Origin: Phoronis australis
Lineage: Eukaryota; Animalia; Phoronida
Length of the DNA: 64,000 bases
NCBI GenBank assembly: GCA_002633005.1
Contig: NMRA01000227.1
Span: 179,863 to 243,862 of the forward strand
Reading direction: 5' to 3'
In this document: positions 1 to 13,194 of the stretch, in pieces
Layout: every line of letters starts with the position of its first letter
Numbering within the stretch: position 1 is the first letter of the stretch
The notes under the pieces: model-generated
Database searches by the model: none
What the model saw: the letters and a program-made list of their open reading frames with translations, nothing else
Told to the model about the DNA's origin: nothing
Position numbers and translations under genes: made by a program

Positions 1-154
1 ATAAAGGAAGTTGTTACCTCCGAAAATTTCAAATTTCAGTTGATCCATTCTTGTTGTTTTATTTACCGATTTATATTCTTCATTTCATGAAACAATAGTA
101 TCCTTGGGAGGATCTGGATCGCCTTATTTAGTTTCAGATATATTTTCTACGTTA
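1..154. repeat. Dispersed repeat; inverted copy at 26069-26222
   Basis: Near-identical reverse complement over ~150 bp. Confidence 0.85.
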
Positions 155-1902
155 TAAATGGACAAGGACGGAAGCCACATCGAACCATTTTTCAATACTG
201 AATTTTACTTCAAAACCATTTTCCAACTATGGCATGAGCCAGTGATTGCGCATTTTGTAGGTTTTGCCGAAACTCAGGTGAACTTGCGGCAAAAGGCCGC
301 CAATGTTCCAATCAGGTACTACCAAAGCCAATCTACTGTTAGGCCTATGCTGCTTCTTCAATTGACCAGAGGCTCAGAAATGTAAAATTATTCACCAATT
401 CAGTCCTGAGTTGCGTTGTGGAGTGAATGCTGCTGACTATATATTTAACTGCAGTATAGGCGTAGTACAGGAAACGCAAAACCTAGGTCTCCGTTTATCG
501 CAGGCCAAGTGCGACATGAGTCCTATTTATTACAGTAACAATTCGCAATTTATTCCAATAATACTTTAGCCAATCAGAAGCCACAAATAATTACTCTAAT
601 AAATATTTATTACTATAATTAATCATATATTTATTCCAGAAATAAATATTTATTACTGGAATAAATCAGCCAATCAGATGAGTACCAGGAATAATTACTG
701 TAATAAATACATCGGACTTACAGTGTTGCGGCTTGGCCTACCTCTCATGTGAATTGTCTCACTGAATGCGTTCACAAGTATGGATGAAAATACCTAAATT
801 TATTGTGGAAAAAGTAAGGAAGTTGTTATCGAACACCGCGGAAACATCGAGTACATCATTAAAAACATCGAACATCTAGTTATAGGTAATGTCAAACAAA
901 ATACTGACATCAAATGTACGTAAAATAAAATCAAATATTAATATGAAGTATGGAATATAAACATAATTTTTTGAACATCGGAATTTTGCAATACATAACC
1001 AACGCCTGAGACACTGTCAAAACACTGATTGCTACTATAACTGATATAGCCGCTTGAGCCATGCGCGCACCCATCCTTCAATATGGGGGGGCTCGAATTC
1101 CTGACGATGTGGGCCTTTCGGTAACAAAAAGCGGGCGGACTAAAATAAAAAAAAACGGGGACACCACCCTGAATTGCGCGTTTGTGCTTGTTTAGTGGAC
1201 TTAGCGGTCTCACTTTTTGTTTCTCAGGGGCGGACCTTTTGCCCGCTTCGCCCGAGCCCCCCTGGGTACGCACATGCCGCATAACCGGACGAGCGATACA
1301 ACTGTCTCGAACACATCGAGTCTCGCTGAGTTAACACTGCGGAGTGCATGAATCACCCCCTCATCCGATGACTTCACCACTAGGCTAACAGATGCGCTTC
1401 GACTCGGAATCAATCGCATCATAGACTATAGTCTGTGGTGGTACGGTTTGTCGCTTTAACGCTAAGAGGTGGCATTAGCGATTTCCGGTTGTAAGGAATC
1501 GACAATGCAATATGTGACTGTGAGTATATAAAAGAGGTGTATTTCACCGGTATGGTTTACAAACTGATAAACATTAAACGTGTGCTAGTCCCCTACAAAC
1601 ACTGAAGAAGTAATAGTCAAAAATTTTAGAGAACTTTCTACATATAGACACCGGTGACCTAAAGTGGTGAAGCATAAAATAAAAAGCAGTTGATTCAATG
1701 TCATACTGCTGTGAGTGTGAGTGCTGACTACGTGAACTTGGAATCCTGCTTAATCTCAAGATTAAGCGGTAGTGAGTGTTGCGTGAACTTGGAATTCCAA
1801 GATCACGCAAGTGATTGTGTGATCTTGAGATTAAGCAAACTGCCAAACCCCATACATGAACTCTTGCGTGAACTTGGAATTAAGGGGCTGCCTGCCACGT
1901 CG

Positions 1903-2830
1903 TAGGCAATGACCATCGCCTCTGTTGGCCCGAACCAGAGTTGATGCAGAGGCTATAGGCGCTCTGTACGCCGGAAGCTTTTCGGCGAATTATGCCTCGC
2001 ACCGACTAAACCATCAAAGTCACGTTGTTATAAATACCTGTTGCGCATAGAGGAACACCTGAGGAGGTTGTCGATGTGTTTAATTCCTTCCAACTCGAAC
2101 AAATACTCCCATTATCAAACTTTTTCTTCGAGCAGCCCTTATTTCAGTTCCCAAATTCGTGAACTCAACATTTTTATACTGCGCACGCTCCAATATTTAC
2201 CGCGCTGGCTAGGTGATGTGACTTCATGACCTCAATCTTTGAATAGGCCAAAGGTGAGCCATTGCGGTCTTGTCAGTCAAATGTTCGTTTCTAAAATGCC
2301 ACCACTTATACTTGTCTTTAATTGGCGTTACTTGAAACTGATTGTATTTCTATGAATTATTGTTCTTATTTGATAAAAATAAATGCTGTTGATATGACAT
2401 TTAATAGTCTTTGTGCACATATTTGACATTTTAATGTTTAACAACACGGCAAATGCACGACTGGTTCCCGGCAGCACGTACGCGAAGGGTGGGAACTTCA
2501 GCTTTCAAAGTTCGCCGGTAGGTCCGCAACTTCTGACCTTCGGCCTGTTAAAAAAGTGAAAATATTGATTTCACGATTTTGGGAACTGAAATAGGGACTG
2601 CTCGAAGAAAAAGTTTCATAACGGGAGTATTTGTTCGAGTTGAAAGGAGTTAAACGCATCGACAACCTCCTAAGGTGTTCCTCTATGCGCAAAAGGTATT
2701 TACAACAACGTGACTTTGACGGTTTAGTCGGTGCGAGGCATAATTCGCCGAAAAGCTTCCGGCGTACAGAGCGCCTATAGCCTCTGCATCGCCTCTGGTT
2801 CGGGCCAACAGAGGCGATGGTCATTGCCTA
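1903..2830. mobile_element. Foldback MITE with ~270-bp TIRs (TAGGCAATGACC termini)
   Basis: 1903-2175 is the inverted copy of ~2560-2830 at high identity; no clean TSD; related fragment at ~46407-46450. Confidence 0.8.
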
Positions 2831-2843
2831 CCTGCCACACAAT

Positions 2844-3394
2844 CACAGGCGTCCTCAGCTTCTGATCGTCCCTAATACACTACATATAATACTACAAGGT
2901 ATGACACTCCCGACCAGAAATTCCACGGGTGCTTCACTTCAGTTGTCCATATCAAACACAAAACTCAATAAATTTACACAAAACATGGTTTCAGCAAACC
3001 ACTAGTAATTGTTCTTTCTTTTAATACCATTCACAGTGTCCTATTCCGGCGACTTCTTAAGAAATTCGCAGTCAAAGAACAAAAATGTTCACAAAAAGCC
3101 CACACACACTTTTATCTTGGACCGCTCAAGGTCAAAGATGGTACGGAAATTGCCGGTTTGTCGCGTAAAGTCACGATGTCGATAACTCTACACTTAGCCT
3201 CCAGGAGAAAAACTTATTGAGTTCTTCCGTAACTCATTGGCAATTTCCGTACCGTCCTTGACCTCGAGCGGTCCAAGATAAAAGAGTGTGTTTGGTGGCT
3301 GAAGTGAAGCACCCGTGGAATTTCTGGTCGGGAGTGTCATACCTTGTAGTATTATATGTGTATTGGGGACGATCAGAAGCTGAGGACGCCTGTG
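2844..3394. mobile_element. Foldback MITE with CACAGG..CCTGTG termini
   Basis: 2844-2942 inverted vs 3298-3394 and 3102-3154 inverted vs 3238-3291; the left arm carries a ~155-bp extra segment. Confidence 0.75.
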
Positions 3395-3672
3395 CACAGA
3401 ACAAGGCGCTTGGGCTGAAATAATTACTGAACCGGTAGGCTACGGAGATAAAAATTTCTAAAAATCAAGATAAAGCTCCCATGGCCTGGTCATCAGTACC
3501 GAGGGACTGGAATAAAAAATCATTTAAAGGACTGTATTGTGATTACTGTTCCCTCAGTGATGCACTGAGCATTCAAGGTCATAGCCCTACGGCTACGGTG
3601 GCCATTTGAGTCGTATTATTTTCTGTGCTGCTGCTTATTCCAATATCAAAATAAAGCTTGATGTTTGAAATT

Positions 3673-4808
3673 CAGGGCTTGGAGTGACCATTTATTTATT
3701 TATCATTGTGATATTTAAAATGAGGATGGCCTCTTCAGTGATAGCACTGCTTTCCAAGAGGGCCCTCAACAAGAAAAACAGTTATATAATACAGTGAAGC
3801 AATAAAACAACAATGAAATATACGTAACAAAGATACAATTAAAACAGTTAAGGTTAAGAATTAAGACAATAACTAAATGACAAATAATGGTAAAAAATTA
3901 ACTAAGACAGGTGAAATAAATTAAGAGATGACTCTAGACAATGAGAGTATTTACGACAATGAAAAAATGACATCATTAAGACAGGCAGGGTATAAAAGTT
4001 TAAGTAAATTACAGCCACTTTTTAACATTAACTTTAAAGGTAGTAATTGAATTGGACCGTTTAATTTCTAGGCTAAAAGAATTCCATATTATAGCAGCTG
4101 CATAGATAAAAGATCTCTTGCCCGTCTCGGTTTTAATTTTTTTAGAAGAAACATTGCCAGCAACAGAAGAACGTGTAGAATAAACAGCCTGACTGCTATT
4201 GAATTTACTGCTGAGATATGCAGGAGCCACGCCATTGATACATCTGTATATACAACAGGCAGAGAGATATTTATTTCTTTGTCTTACTTTAATAAATCCC
4301 AGCTTAGAGTACAAGTCGTCAATGACAATGACAAAAAACGCGGAAACTTTTACGGCCCAAATCCTGCGCGCTACCCAGCCTTGAAATGGTCGATGTGAAC
4401 CTTTCGCCGACAAAAATCGGGAGGACTAAAAAAAACGTTACCACCATCAGTAGCATGCGTCTGTGCGTCCTTTTAGCTCGTCCGTCCACTCCCAACCCAC
4501 ACATTTTTGGCTGCAGAGCTGTAGTATTTGTCTCCGCGGTTTACAATAACACGAGACGCCATTGAAAATCCCACCACGCTATCCCAGATGCCCCGGCAAT
4601 GTTGACAATTTACGTTCCTCCGAAACATAAAGAGCAACTTCCGCTTTTCGAGGTGAACGTCGTCTGCAACACCGCGGTAAGAAAGGAATTTGCCACGGAA
4701 ATTTTATATCAAATCTGATTTTTTTTTACGCGGAAATATAATAAAATGCGCGGACAGAACGTTTGAAAAAGCGGAAATCTGCGTTTCCGCGGAAAATTCC
4801 AAGCCTTG
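3673..4808. mobile_element. hAT-like MITE (CAGGGCTTGG termini, 6-bp TSD GAAATT) interrupted by a LINE fragment
   Basis: GAAATT|CAGGGCTTGGA ... TCCAAGCCTTG|GAAATT; body homologous in inverted orientation to 51481-51962. Confidence 0.8.
3691..4326 (-). mobile_element. 5'-truncated L2/CR1-group LINE 3' end
   Basis: ORF 4009-4413 has RT C-terminal motifs (IYRCINGVAPAYL..YSTRS..GKRSFIYAAAIIWNSF..TFKVNVKKWL); 3' UTR ends in an (AATA)n tail at ~3691-3703. Confidence 0.8.
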
Positions 4809-4849
4809 GAAATTAGTGCTTGGTTGATGTTTGATCAAGAGGTGAATTA

Positions 4850-7530
4850 AACATTCACTAATTGGTTGCAATACATTTTATTACATTTTCTGTTAATTTT
4901 GGAAGACTTAGTGACGGAGTTTTTTTCTTCCCCGTAAATTCCAAGTTTAAGCAAGATACGCCCTTGATTTAAATTGGAATAATTCAATTTCTGCTTTACA
5001 AAAAATCACATAGTGAACCAAACATTCGGTAACTGGTTGCAACACATTTTAAATGTATTTTCTATTAATTTTGGAACACTTCTGAGCACATTCGCATTTT
5101 TTTCTACTCAATTTCAAGTTTAAGCAAGGGCGTGGCTCATTTAAACTTGGTATAATTCAATTTCTGCTTTACAAAAACTCACGTGGTGAACCAAAAATTC
5201 TCTGACTGGTTGCAATACAATTTATTACTTTTGGAACACTTCCGAGTGCATTCGCATATTTTCTACCTAATTTCAAGTTTAAGCAAGCCACACCGGTTGC
5301 TTTAACTTGGAATAATTCAAAGTTTACAAAAATCACATGACGGACCAAACATTCTTTAACTGTTTGCAATACACTTTAAATGCATTTTCTATTACTTTCG
5401 GAACACTTCTGAGCACACTGACTCGCAGTTTTTTCTACCCAATTCCAAGTTTAAGCAAGGGCCTGGCTCACTTGGAATAATTCAGTTTCTGCCTTACAAA
5501 AAATCACGTGGTAAACCGAACATTCTCTAACTGGTTGCAATACCGCATTCGCCGTAATAACTGCCCAGGGCGCTTAGAAAAGTTCGGTTCAGGGGGGGGG
5601 GCGCTTATTATAACCCAAGGCGGTTGAAACCCTGTCTCCGAAACGGGTGAAATCTGAAGCTAGAATTCATCAAATTTACGCTCTGTGACGTATATGTAAT
5701 CTATGAAAGACTCAACTAAACTGTGGTGCATTGCTATCAAACTTAGCTGCTAAATTACGATCATTTTACAGAAAATTGTGCTGAAATCCCAGGACGAAAA
5801 CTCGCCGACTGACTGCCTCGAAATCGCTGTCTTCGATATGGCGATATGGCTACTTCAATGCTTGAATAAAAATGGTTTCGACTCAAGCAAATTACCTGGA
5901 ATCCTCATTAAGTTTTATAAGTAGCGTCTCTAGGATTTTTTAAGTTCTCGTGGAGTCTGGATTAACGGCAGGTTTAAGTAGAGATCTGTGCAACATTGTG
6001 CCATCTAAATGTATGATCGGCAACACGGCGAGAAAAATGTCTGGACGAACACACATGTTGTTGTTACGTGACGTTTGTTTTGAAGTTCGTCTGCAGTAAG
6101 CGAGCGCGTGCGTGTCACCAGAGTTCATTTGCCAAAGCAGACCGTCTTTTGGCCAGAGCCACGCAATCTAACTAGCTAGATGTGTCTAAGGAAATTTGTA
6201 CAAGCAGTAGGCCTAAACCAGAGCGTGTTTCATTCAGCACTTGCCAGTCTCGTGCTAAAAACTTTCAACATTTTTCTCGGTAAGGCCCATATATTGGTTG
6301 CCGTTTAGTCATTTTTCGGTGTAAGGGTGTGTAAGCATTCACTGTCAGTTGTCATTTTATCGGATATTCGGCTTAAAAAAACACCAATTATGGTTAATCA
6401 AACAATCCATCTTAAAAATAACGCAAACGTGTTTTATAGTATTAGAAATTGTCAGAAATTAGTGCCAATATTCATTTCTTGCCGATGCTATGCTACCCGT
6501 TTCATGAATGGATAGTTCCCGACTAATGTCTTTGATGAAAAGTTCGTGTATGTAGCGCGCGCTTCCTGGCCACGTGCGTTTAACACCGAGTTATTTTTAT
6601 TCATGAAACAGTCGATGTGTCTACTGAAAGGTCAGACCATAGTGGGACACTGTCGTCGCGAGAGTGTAGCAACGCTGTTGCTTTCTTTTTGAAGCGCTGC
6701 GTTACTTTGAAGTGTAAAGTCACGGCTAAATACAAAAGTAGCAGTGCTCTGGTGGTCTAGAAGACCTGTGCAAAAATTTTTTGATAAATTGAAGACGTTA
6801 CTGTAGCCGAGTTTTAGGACTGTAGGTACGTCATTGTTCGCATGTACACGTTCATGGAGTGGGCACTTATTTCAGCAAAGTCTGAAAACGCGTGGGGGGG
6901 CGCTGATAGGTGCATGGGCGGTTATTACGGCGAATACGGTACACTGTAAATGCATTTTCTATTACTTTTGAAACACCTCTGAATGCACTTCGAAGTTTTT
7001 TTTTGTGCCCAATTCTGAGTTTAAGCAAGTCATGCCCTTGCTTAAACTTGGAATAATTCAATTTCTTCTTTACAAAAAATTGTGTGGTATACCAAACATT
7101 CTCTGACCGGTTACAGTATGTCATAAATGCATTTTCTATTACGTTTGGAACACTTCTGAATACATTCGCAATTGTTTTCTACCCAGTTCCAAGTTTAAGC
7201 AAGCCACGCCCTTGCTTAAACTTGGAATGATTGTATAGCTTTACAAAAAGTCACATGGTGAACCAAACATTCTCTGACTGGTTACAATATGTTGTAAGCA
7301 CAACTTTTTTCTTATCTTCAGACTTTACTGAACACGCTAACAATTATTTTCTTCCGAATTCCTTGTTTAAGCTGGCCACGCCACTGCTTCAACTTGAAAT
7401 AATTCTATTTTCGCTTTACAAACCCTATGTTGTGAAGTAAGCATTTTCTGAAAGATTACAAGCGTGAACAAGTTCTTATGTCCATGTAAATTATCGGCAA
7501 TTAATTTTTACCCAATACCAAGTTTAAAAG
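4850..7530. repeat. Degenerate ~170-bp satellite with an internal 17+7+17 palindrome, split by a transposon
   Basis: AATTCCAAGTTTAAGCAAG-like motif at ~4937, 5110, 5269, 5441, 7011, 7186 and 7357; further remnant at ~7950-8110. Confidence 0.8.
5543..6939. mobile_element. Non-autonomous Tc1/mariner-pogo type element inserted in the satellite
   Basis: TA|CCGCATTCGCCGTAATAACTGCCCA ... TGGGCGGTTATTACGGCGAATACGG|TA; removing it restores the satellite unit (TTGCAA-TA-CACT.TAAATGCATTTTC). Confidence 0.85.
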
Positions 7531-10500
7531 ATGACTGTAGTAAAAATAATGCCACAGTAAACCGGTTCTAACATTCAAATGAAACTCACATTTGCCCGAG
7601 TTATGCTCCAAACAAAAGCTGATTAATATTCATTGTAAAAACACTGATCCTGACAGCAATCTCTGATTGGCTGATATGTCAGTGATTGACAGGGCATCGA
7701 CTGCTTATCACATATTTCTGCTCCATATTGGGGCATTGAGTGGATAGAGTTTACATGGCGTTTTATCATTGTATCACAGATTCTTATTTACTGTTTGCCT
7801 GTGTTGTAAAAATTTTTCCATGCCTTTTTGTATGGCACCTGGTTGTTCGAACTCTTCGTCTAAGAGGACGGACATAGGATACCATCCGTTGCCCTTGCCT
7901 TGGTACAAAGCTGTGTGCTAAATTAATTCAGAACAAAATACTGTTCTCTTTAATAAGCAAACTTGGAATAATTGTCTTTTCATTTTACAAAAAACTAAGT
8001 GGTGAAGCACGCTTTCTCTCGCAGATTACAATAAACTGTAAACACAATTCCTGTTCTTGAGACTACTCAAACACATTAGCAATCGTCTTCTACATAATTC
8101 CAAATTTAACTAGTACTTAAAACAGAATTGGGTTTCACATTTTTAATTTTTTTTAATACCTTTAATGAGATACTTTCATAGACAAAAATGAAATCCTGGG
8201 CCCATTCCTTTTGGAAAGCTCAGAGGGTCAGAGAAAACATGTTCTCCATGTTAGTGCAGGTGGACCAGAGTCTCTGGACCTGATGAATGTTACCAACGAA
8301 AATGGTGGATAATTTTTAAAGATATTTAAAAATAAGTATGTGACTGCATTAACAATATCTGCATGGACAGGTCTAAGATTTTATTTTTTCCAACATACCA
8401 CCAAATTACAATACAACTTAAAACATACTGCGTAAAGGTACAAAGACTAGCACACACTGTTTTTCAAACTAAACTAGACAATGTCATAATTTGACAAGGC
8501 TAATAAAGTATTTGTTTCTTTTCCAATAGAATCCAATCCAATTCTAGCTAAATCTCAACAAAAACAACTTATTGTGGAAGTCCATTCACAAACAAAAAAT
8601 TAAGGACTAGACACAATGTCGGCATTAAACTGACAAAAGTGTGATTCGGTAAAGTGACAAATTATTCTGGTGAGAAGTTTATTCAAAATTAGCAGTCTTG
8701 GAGACTTCTGTTGAAGTCTGTCTAGTTTATTTTGAAATCTTTTGGTACATGTACCTTTAAAATGCAACGTCGCAACATCCCGACTTGCACAGATATTCTG
8801 TGTGGAATAACCTTTGACCTCAGTCCTGTTGTAATTGTATTTGTCTTCCCCGAATACAGCACGCTTGGTTTTTCTTGACATCAATAGTTGCGTTGTTTTA
8901 TTCATCTCGCTACAATTTCCACATTCTGCTGCAGTAATCAATAATAATTTTTTGATGACAACACTGAGCGGACTCCATGGGATGTGTGTTGCGTAAGGAA
9001 TGGCGGTCATTTGGAAAACAATCTATCCCCCTACACACTTATCATAACTTTTGACAAATTCAATACTGCAATAAATGCTTAAATGGTGCAAAAATTTTCA
9101 ATGCTTGCCTTATGTATACAAGAGCTACATGGAATATTGAAATGCACCCACGACTGCAACGCAATTCCAGTAGTGTTTTTGGAATCGTAAAAATGGTCAT
9201 TAGATGGTGTATAATGTCTTAGACCCATCCCAATTGAGAATGTGGCATCATCTCTGTAAAACAACTATTTGCCAAATTTCATGAAAGTATGCCAACGAAC
9301 TCCTAACATTCAGAGGCAAACGGAAAAAATTGACATTAGGGTGCACAGCTTTAGTCTGATTTGTCTGTTACTCATCGTCATATGTTTCCATCTCTATAGA
9401 AGCCCATCTCTGTAGAAGCCCATCTGCCTAAAAAGGGTTAAGGAGATCCTGCTCTAGATGCTAAAAAGCAAAATTGCCCCAAAAACATCCGAAAATTAAC
9501 ATCAGCAAGGGTCTTCTCATCAGGAACACAGCTGTTAATTTTCATAATCGTCCTTTGAATGGTTTGGCAGACAGAGATGCAGACGTCAAACACATACCTG
9601 AAAATTTTAAAATGGCCACCAGGTGGCACAGAATATTAAATCTGTCCAAAAATGGGAAGGCGTTGTGGTCTCCTTAATAGAAACCTATTTGCTGTATTTC
9701 TTGAAAATACACAACTGAAATTCGAAGGTACGGAGGCAAACTTAAAAAAGTTGATTTTGTCACAATAACAGATTCCATTTTTGACTAGAGTCTGCCCTAA
9801 CTTTAATTAAAAGGGGAAAAAATGTTAAAACTAAGAATAATACGTAAGCAAGAATTATTAATCTTTCCACTCCCCATATTTTGTTGGCATCAGGTGATAC
9901 ATAGTTACATCTAAAATGCTCTCTGTCCCCACCAAGGTTTGAAACCAGGACTCTCTGCTAGCCTGTTAGCCAACAGCTGATGTGATCAACATATGGCATA
10001 TGTGAAGGCCAACAGTTATACGATATCACTCACTGCGCAGTAAAGGAACAGTGTTCAAGCATCAGGTTAAGGTTATGGGAGGTCCTAGACAAATGTCCAA
10101 ACTTGGTAAAGCTGAAAACATATCTTGCAAATGGCTGATAGGATTCTAATAAAAACTTTCAAATCTTGTACTTTATGCACTGTTTCCCATCAGGCTTTTA
10201 GGGATTGCCATTTGACTGATCTACTTTGGCATGGGAGGGCTAGCTAAAATAGGGACTTTCAGTGGTTTCATGAAAAACTTAAAAATTGAATAAAACGAAA
10301 TGGGTTACTTAGAAAACAGAATCGGCATTTTTCAGATTTCATCTTGAACATTTATATAAAAAGAAAATTGGTCATGTTATCGACTCCACTGTTTTGCTAT
10401 GAATGTATTCTCCTTTTCCGAAATCTTATTAAAAATATGGTCAAGGGACCCAATTAATGGCAGATTGATATATAAAGACTTTAAGTCAATATATACAGAC

Positions 10501-13194
10501 TTTCTACTTTCATGAATTAAGGTAGTGTTTTAGAAAGTTAAATTCCAAAGTTTGTAGATATTTGTCTTTAAGGTGCCACATGAACCTTATGTCCTGACAT
10601 TAAATTTTGGGCTACTCATATTGTTTCATTACATGACTACTGATAGTACTTCTGTCCTCTGATTGTCTGGAACACAGTTTGATAATTTTGACCCACCTCT
10701 CTGTGGAATAACACTTTTCATTTACGCCACCAGGATGTCGCGCAACTTTAGGACCTCCGACGTTACTATCTGCTAGCCTATGCATTGCCATGGGCCGCGC
10801 AGCACTGAAAAAGGGGGGCTAAAGCCCCCCCTGCTCCCCCTGTGGTGCACTGCCTATAGACCATGGGTGGCGCAGCTCTGATAAAAGTAGGGGGGGCTAT
10901 AGCCCCCCAGTCCCCTATTGTGCGCCGCCATTAATTTGTCAGATATATGTTCCGGCTGACCAGTTTCGTCCATTGAATAAGCCAATAAGGGCCTGGTTCT
11001 CAAAATCGGGGACTGCTATATCCGACCAGTGCTCTAAAAACTAATTGAGTAATGAAGATATTTTCGGTGACACCGAGTTCTTGAACCCGGGTTGCATGTG
11101 TCTGAACCTAGTGTCTGTCGTGAACACCGAAACTGACCTCTGATCTTTCAGGTCAGCTTTGTTAGGTTTGCCTAATTAGTTGTTACGTGAACCTCTCTTA
11201 TGGCTCATTGGTCAATTTTTTTGGCCAATCAGGGCCTGGTGGTGATATTCGGGTTCTCCGCTGAGCCTACATGCTCAATTTTTTTCGTTCTTGTTGCGTT
11301 GAAATAAGGATGTGCTTTTTGAGTGAGGAGAGAACTAACGATTATCGAGAAAGTTTTGTACGGAATATTGCACCTAGTTGTTAAGTGACAACCATTGTGT
11401 GCTTTGTGACCTTTTGGCTTAGGGTACAGTTAGTGTAAACTGTTAATGAGAATTGTTGGTCCAGCAGAGTTCCTGTGCCAACGGAATGGGTCATCATTAG
11501 GAATGACATTTGTAACGTTGGAAGGTCTTTGATTTGATTTGGTCGCGTTGTTTTTTTTTTCTGTTTTAGGCTTTCAAACTTGCTGAATTGACTCTTAATT
11601 GCAAAAAAACAGAAGGTCAACTGAGCTCACGGCCTAACTCGTTGATCCTGGAAGTCTGTGCTTGTTGTATGTGCAGATCGAGTCGAGTTTGTGTAGACTG
11701 GTGGAGGGGTTTTTTGATCATTGGTCAAGAGGGTTGTGGGTCATGAGTCGAGGAGGTCGGGGTCGTGAGGTGAGGGGGTCGAGGGAGTTTAAGAACAATC
11801 CCATCGGGCATCCGCTGCTTCAAATCTTTTGCAAGATCTTGATGAAAATTTTCAGATGTGTTCCTGTAAAGCTAACAACGGATAACAAGCTTTGGAGGGA
11901 TCCACCTACAGCTGTGCTTCCTATTGGCTATTGATGGCAACAAGTAAGGCTGAATGTGGAATTTGTAATGCTTCCAATCATTGCGTCAGATCCAATTTCC
12001 TAGAAAAAAGTATTATCTTTATGCGAGTAAAACCTATTCAGATTTTTCTCGGAAACTTTGCACTACATTGTGGTATAGAGACTTACCCTCTCTAAAGTGG
12101 AAGTCAATTGGTTTTAGTGATATTTTTGATTAATGTTTAATTTTCTGGGTTCTAATTAGTTATGCCATGCATCACTTCGGAATTGACATTTGCTTCCAGA
12201 ATCATTCCTCCCCTGTTTTGTGCAACAATTCACTGGACATCTGTTGATTATATACTACCATAACTGTTTGCTTTTGAAGATTATTCTTGGACAATCTTAG
12301 ATTGAACTAGAACTCTCTTAAGAGTGGGATTTAACAATTATTTGATCTGCAATGGATGGGAAATGGCTGAAGTCAGTGTTGGTTGCTGGCCTTGGACACT
12401 GCAGCAAGTCACTACAGTAGTTGCAACCCGGGATGCTTTGCATTTCAAAAAAGCACTCCTATCAGGTGGTGATGGAGCAGAGAAGGGAAATACTTACAGT
12501 AAAGCATCCTTTTTCAGAACATGATTATTGGGTACCTTCATGACCTTTGCGTTCATATGTCCCTTTTGTAATCTGACAGTAAGAAATGTTTGCCACTTAT
12601 AGTTTTGGACAACTTTGGACATGGCATGAACAGGTAGCGCTGCACCTTTGAAATGGATGAGTCAACACCTGCAAATCTTACCATCCACGAAAAATTGGTG
12701 AAACGGATGTCATATACTCTTCTGGAATTCATGATGCTTTCATTCCAGTATACCCCATTCAAAAAGGAAAAGTTGAGTTTCAATTGAGATTCAAAACTTT
12801 CAGCCATGAACTTGAAAATAGGTATATAAAGATCTAACTTGTTACAATCTGTCATACACAATGAGGCATCTGATCACAGTCCGAGCTGCCTGCAAACAAT
12901 CATTTGGTGCATGCATAATTAATTAGGAGTGCAGGGAATCAATTATTTTAAACAATTGTCCAAGATATCTAGAAAAATGTAATTTAACCTAAAATGACAC
13001 TAAACCAGTTGTCTTCCTCATGGTAACATTCACTAACAATCTGTTCAGCAGTAAATTGTTACAATTTGATTATTAAATTTCCAACAGTGAGTAGAAAGCC
13101 TATGCAAGACACTGCTAAATTGGTATTATTTCTTAGAAGTTCTTCCGTACAGGATACCTACTCGCAAGTTAGGATCGGAAACGTATTACTTGCA

